Below are positions 59,805-64,000 of a stretch of DNA of 64,000 nt, one piece after another. The stretch spans positions 160,001 through 224,000 of the forward strand of contig CAVWLW010000033.1 in assembly GCA_963755715.1 (NCBI GenBank), in the 5' to 3' direction. Within the stretch, counting starts at the first letter, position 1; each line of letters begins with the position of its first letter. Both the position numbers and the translations under genes were made by a program. Below the pieces are notes generated by a model. It had not been told where the DNA came from. It did no database searches and saw only the letters and a list, made by a program, of their open reading frames with translations. The stretch comes from an uncultured delta proteobacterium. GTDB lineage: Bacteria > Desulfobacterota > Binatia > UBA9968.

Positions 59805-59845
59805 GTTCCAATCGTTCAAAACGTTCCGGTCGTTCCAATCGTTTC
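59805..59845. repeat. Degenerate 9-bp tandem repeat (GTTCCAATC)x4.5
   Basis: GTTCCAATC GTTCAAAAC GTTCCGGTC GTTCCAATC GTTTC. Confidence 0.65.
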
Positions 59846-59881
59846 GGGCGTCCTGAGCGGCGATCTAACGTGTTTGGCATC

Positions 59882-61126
59882 ATGAAATCACCGGCTTCAA
59901 ACAAGGATCAGCTTCTTTCGCCGCTCAGGCACCGGGATTTTCGCCTGTTTTGGACCGGGCTGCTGCTTTCCAGCGTGGGCAGCCAGTTCACTCAAGTGGC
60001 GATGGCGTGGCAAATTTATGAGCTTACCAATTCGCCGCTGCAGATCGGTCTGATCGGCCTGGTCCGCGCCGTGCCGCAAATGATTATTCTCCTGTTCGGC
60101 GGTTTGCTCGCCGACGCGATGAACCGGCGCAAGTTGATGATGGTCACGCAAGGGAGTTTATTTTTTGTTTCAGGATCGCTGGCGTTGATAGCGTTGGCCG
60201 GCCATGTGACGCCGTTAAAACTTTACGGCGTGACGGTGTTCTTGGCGTTTTTTAGCTCTCTCGAGGTGCCATCGCGCCAGGCGATCGTCACCAACCTCGT
60301 GCCGGCGGAAGATCTATCGCGCGCCTTGGCGATCTTCAGCACCCAACGGCAGATCGCCACCATCGCCGGACCGTCGATCGCCGGCGTCGTCTTAGCGTTC
60401 GCCGGTCCCGCGCTCTGCTACGCCGTAGACGCGTTCTCTTGGCTGGTGATGCTCGGGGCGCTGGCATTGATTCGCGCCCAGTTGCCTGAGCGCGGTGGCT
60501 GGCGCACGATCAGTCTCGATTCACTGCGCGCGGGTTTTAGTTTTGTCTGGGGCCACGCCGTCATTTTTCCGTTTCTGATGATGGATTTTGGCGCGAATAT
60601 TTTCGGCACGATGCGCTCGCTCTTTCCCATTTATGCGCGCGATATTCTTACCGTTGGGCCGCGGGGCTTGGGCCTGCTGTATGCGGCCAGCGCGGCCGGC
60701 TCTTTGCTCGGTGCATTGGCGTTCAGCCTGTGGGGACCGGCGCGCCGGGCCGGCCGCTGGATTCTTTTCGGCGTGACGATCTACGGCGTGTGCCTGTTCT
60801 GCTTCGCCCAATCGCATTGGTTTTGGCTGTCGATCGCGCTTCTGATCGGCGCCGGAATCGGCGATACGATCAGCGCGATTTTGCGCTCGACGATCAATCA
60901 GTTGAGCACGCCCGATGATTTGCGCGGGCGCATGTCTTCGATCAATAGTATCTTTACCAACAGCGGACCGCAGTTAGGCCAATTCCAACTCGGTGCTCTG
61001 GCCGCGGCGATCGGCACGGAATTCGCTGCCACCACCGGGGCCGTGGCGATTCTTGCCATCGTGGCGCTTTTGGCCGTCCGCTTCCCGCACGTGAGGGAAT
61101 ATCGGATCGGCCCGCCAAAAAGTTAG
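59882..61126 (+). CDS. MFS transporter (DHA3/EntS-like)
   Basis: LRHRDFRLFW, GLLADAMNRRK, PDDLRGR; ~12 hydrophobic segments. Confidence 0.92.
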   Translation: MKSPASNKDQLLSPLRHRDFRLFWTGLLLSSVGSQFTQVAMAWQIYELTNSPLQIGLIGLVRAVPQMIILLFGGLLADAMNRRKLMMVTQGSLFFVSGSLALIALAGHVTPLKLYGVTVFLAFFSSLEVPSRQAIVTNLVPAEDLSRALAIFSTQRQIATIAGPSIAGVVLAFAGPALCYAVDAFSWLVMLGALALIRAQLPERGGWRTISLDSLRAGFSFVWGHAVIFPFLMMDFGANIFGTMRSLFPIYARDILTVGPRGLGLLYAASAAGSLLGALAFSLWGPARRAGRWILFGVTIYGVCLFCFAQSHWFWLSIALLIGAGIGDTISAILRSTINQLSTPDDLRGRMSSINSIFTNSGPQLGQFQLGALAAAIGTEFAATTGAVAILAIVALLAVRFPHVREYRIGPPKS

Positions 61127-61182
61127 CGTTGGGCACGCTCGGCTAGCCGAGATAATTCGGCTGGATCGGAAAGGCGGAGTCG

Positions 61183-62124
61183 CTAAGATCGAACGGCGCC
61201 GTCGGCGGGATTTCTTTGCTGCTTGATGACATTCATCGCCAGGGAAATCATTGAGCCGACGTCGCTCAGGGTCGCCGGCAAAATTAGCGTATTGCCGGCT
61301 TGAGCCAGTTTGCCGAATTCGATGAGATAATTTTCCGCGACGCGTAGTTGCACCGCCTCGAAACCGCCAGGTTGCTGGATGGCTTCGGCGACTTTTCTGA
61401 TCCCGCTGGAGGTCGCATCGGCAATCGCGAGGATCGCCGCGGCCTGTCCTTCGGCTTCGTTGATTTGCTGTTGTTTCTTTCCTTCCGAGGCTTTAATCGC
61501 CTGCTGCTTCTCGCCTTCCGCGCTGTTGATGGCGGCGTCTCTCTGGCCTTCCGAAGTCAGGATCAGCGCGCGTTTTTCGCGCTCGGCGCGCATCTGTTTT
61601 TCCATCGCGGCGAGAATATCTTGAGGCGGCGTAATATTCTTGATCTCGTAGCGCATCACTTTGATGCCCCAGGGTTCCGACGCTTTGTCCAATTCGCTGA
61701 CCACCTGGGTATTGATGTTGGTGCGCTCCTCGAAGGTACGGTCGAGCTCGATCTTGCCGAGCTCGCTGCGCAACGTGGTTTGGGCAAGCTGCGTGATGCC
61801 GAAAATGTAGTCGCCGATGCCGTAAGAAGCCCGCTCTGGATTTAAAACTTTTTGGTAGAGCACGCCGTCGACCGAGACCTGGACATTATCGCGCGTGATG
61901 CAAACTTGCGGCGGGATATCGATCGCCTGTTCCTTGAGGGAGTGCTTGTAACGAATCACATCGAGAAAAGGGACGAGGATATGAAAACCGGCGCCCAGGG
62001 TACCGCTATACTTACCCAAACGCTCGACGACGAAGGCGCTCTGCTGCGGCACCACGACGGCGGTCTTGGCAACGATGATGATGACGAGAAAGGCGAGAAC
62101 GATGACGACGATAAATCCGCCCAT
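61183..62124 (-). CDS. SPFH/stomatin-like protein (QmcA/paraslipin)
   Basis: VVERLGKY, CITRDNV, AQTTLRS, KQMRAEREKRA. Confidence 0.93.
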   Translation of the reverse strand: MGGFIVVIVLAFLVIIIVAKTAVVVPQQSAFVVERLGKYSGTLGAGFHILVPFLDVIRYKHSLKEQAIDIPPQVCITRDNVQVSVDGVLYQKVLNPERASYGIGDYIFGITQLAQTTLRSELGKIELDRTFEERTNINTQVVSELDKASEPWGIKVMRYEIKNITPPQDILAAMEKQMRAEREKRALILTSEGQRDAAINSAEGEKQQAIKASEGKKQQQINEAEGQAAAILAIADATSSGIRKVAEAIQQPGGFEAVQLRVAENYLIEFGKLAQAGNTLILPATLSDVGSMISLAMNVIKQQRNPADGAVRS

Positions 62125-62137
62125 ACTTGTCTCCGTT

Positions 62138-62572
62138 TCAGTTTGATTCGGCGCGCACGAAAATCATCAGACCTTCGACGCGCTCAACTCTGCAGCGCTG
62201 ACCGCGGGCTAGAGGCTGATCCCCGATATTGCGCGTGTTCCACGACGTGCCGCGCATTTCCGCTTTACCCACGCTGTTCACCGAAATGTCTTCAAGGGGC
62301 ACGGCGACTTCGCCCACCAGGCTGTCGACGCTTTCCGAAGGGCGACCGCGCGTCAACTGCAGCAATTTTTCACGGAAGAGCCAAAGGCAAAGTACCGAGA
62401 CGGCGGAGAATAGGATAAATTGAAACCAGGGAGGGCCTGCGGCTTGAAGGCCGACCAGGATGCCGACGATAACGGCGCCGATGCCGAAGAAAAGTATATA
62501 AAAGCCGCCCGGAGTCGTAAGCTCCGCGAGGAAAAGTAGAAGACCCAGTAGGATCCACAGCCACCAGTCCAT
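62138..62572 (-). CDS. NfeD family membrane protein
   Basis: Hydrophobic N-terminus, LVG..A, GTSW, VERVEG; typical partner of SPFH genes. Confidence 0.9.
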   Translation of the reverse strand: MDWWLWILLGLLLFLAELTTPGGFYILFFGIGAVIVGILVGLQAAGPPWFQFILFSAVSVLCLWLFREKLLQLTRGRPSESVDSLVGEVAVPLEDISVNSVGKAEMRGTSWNTRNIGDQPLARGQRCRVERVEGLMIFVRAESN

Positions 62573-62653
62573 AATGTATTCTCGCCGTTGCGCGAGCTGA
62601 ACCTAGCCGAGGTCCGCCGGTATTTCAACCTCCGTGATCGTTACACGCTTGGG

Positions 62654-63401
62654 TTATCGCGACGGATGATGGCGATATTTCTTTTCGATGCCAAATAGGT
62701 TGATGAACTCGCCGAAAACGCGCGCGCTCAGCTCATGGAGTCGCGCTATGTGCTCCGGCGTATCTCGCGTGAATGCGCTCGGGATCGATCGTCCCGCCGA
62801 GCGCCGCGATTTCCTTACGGTTCTCGGCGACCCGCAGCCAGCGATGAATCATCGGCTCGTCGACTTCCAGATGAAATTGAAAGCCGTAGACGTTGTTGCC
62901 GTAACGAAACGCCTGGTTGGCGCACAGGGAAGAAAAGGCGAGATGGCGAGTGCTTTTGGGGATATCGAAGGTCTCGCCGTGCCACTGAAAGATTTTCTCC
63001 GTTGTTTGAAACATCATCAGTAGCGGATCGTTCTCCGCGTGATCGGTCGGCGAGACGTCGTACCAGCCGATTTCCTTTTCCTTGTTCGCGTAGACGTCGG
63101 CGCCGAGAGTTTTCGCGATCAATTGCGCGCCCAGACAGATCCCCAGCACCGGCAGGTTTTTTTTCATCGCCTCTTCGATCAATTTCATTTCGATCGTCAG
63201 ATGCGCTAGCCGCCCGGTGTCGTTGACGCTCATCGGTCCGCCTAAAACGACCAGGCCGTCGTACCCATTCAGGCTAGGCTCGGCATCCGGATGGCGCGCG
63301 AAATTCACGTAGCGGATGCGAAATCCGGCGCGCTTCAAAAGCGGATTGAGAGTGCCCAAGATCTCGTGCGGCACATGCTGAAAGACGAGGAGCTTTTTCA
63401 T
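62654..63401 (-). CDS. Type 1 glutamine amidotransferase, +1 frameshift near 62768
   Basis: GGPMSV, GICLGAQL, QFHLE; removing one base restores DTPEHIARLHELSARVFGEF...SR*. Confidence 0.88.
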
Positions 63402-63530
63402 GGGCAATGGTTCGAGACAATTATAACGAGATGCGCAGAAAAATTAAAATGCCTCGGGCGCGAACGCAAAAACCGCTAGTGGCGGATGGCTGCGAGTGAT
63501 AATAGTTAGCGTAGAACGGCGAGGATCACG

Positions 63531-64000
63531 ATGAAGAATCGAGAGACCGATGCGGCTTGGCAGTACCATAACGGCACGAAACATTCTTACCAAAGCGTTC
63601 GAACGAGCCCGCACTATTTGGACTGGGACAACCAGCCGATTCCTTTAAAAATCTACTCGGCGCTCGAACCGATTTCTTTGCCGGAACATTTATCGTCTTC
63701 GGGAGTGCCGGCGCTTTCGGCCATAGCGAGCGGCGCGGTGGAAACTGCCGCGACTGCCCACGCGCCAATCGCTCGCGGAAATTCTATTTCTTTCCGCCGG
63801 AGTCACCCGGCGAAGAGCTTATCCGGGCGGCGAGATGCTCTTTCGCGCGGCGGCCTGCACGGGCGCGCTCTATCACATCGATCTTTATCTTGTCTGCGGC
63901 GATCTGGAGGATCTCGATGCAGGGGTCTACCAATTCAGTCCGCAAGATTTCTCGCTGCGACGTTTGCGAGCAGGGGATTATCGTTCGATTGTTATTAAAT
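63531..64000 (+). CDS. SagB/ThcOx-family FMN oxidoreductase (3' truncated, +1 frameshift near 63750)
   Basis: YHNGTKH, LDWDNQP..K.Y, then LSAGVT, FRAAACTGALY.IDLYLV, GVYQF in the next frame. Confidence 0.8.

Noticed and set aside
16840-59845. Short repeats as a possible CRISPR array
   Set aside because: No identical 23-47 bp repeats with unique spacers and no cas genes
63531-64000. RiPP (azole) biosynthetic cluster suggested by the SagB domain
   Set aside because: No YcaO or precursor peptide is visible; stand-alone SagB-like nitroreductases are common; the gene is cut by the window edge

Overview
GC-rich bacterial chromosomal segment. Gene content resembles a deltaproteobacterium-like lineage, possibly Ca. 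Binatia (inferred from the many orphan NMT1/TAXI solute-binding proteins and short intergenic repeats; not verified). It mixes housekeeping genes (accC/BCCP, tatAC, fabFH, pncAB, etfBA, pyk, gdhA, efp, coaE, grxC, tRNA-Cys, carD-ispD, cysK-larE, degP, PBP1B, tsaD-rsmA-mutM) with an accessory catabolic block (~8-38 kb) of oxygenases, hydrolases, an aldolase and binding proteins. Eight otherwise intact genes carry one single-base frameshift each (7 insertions, 1 deletion), which points to assembly error. Two real decayed pseudogenes are present: an ECF sigma factor and a solute-binding protein. No integrase, transposase, CRISPR array or prophage was seen. Best candidates for novelty: a YfhL-ferredoxin/membrane/Hsp20-like fusion; a stand-alone PaaA/BoxB-like diiron enzyme with a hidden 63-aa partner next to ETF; a cupin dioxygenase + PqqC/CADD-like diiron oxidase + SBP operon; a divergent GGGAATAAA-N15-GT ECF promoter pair; two structured leaders (before carD and before DUF1844-degP); and an EF-P with Asn at the modification site.
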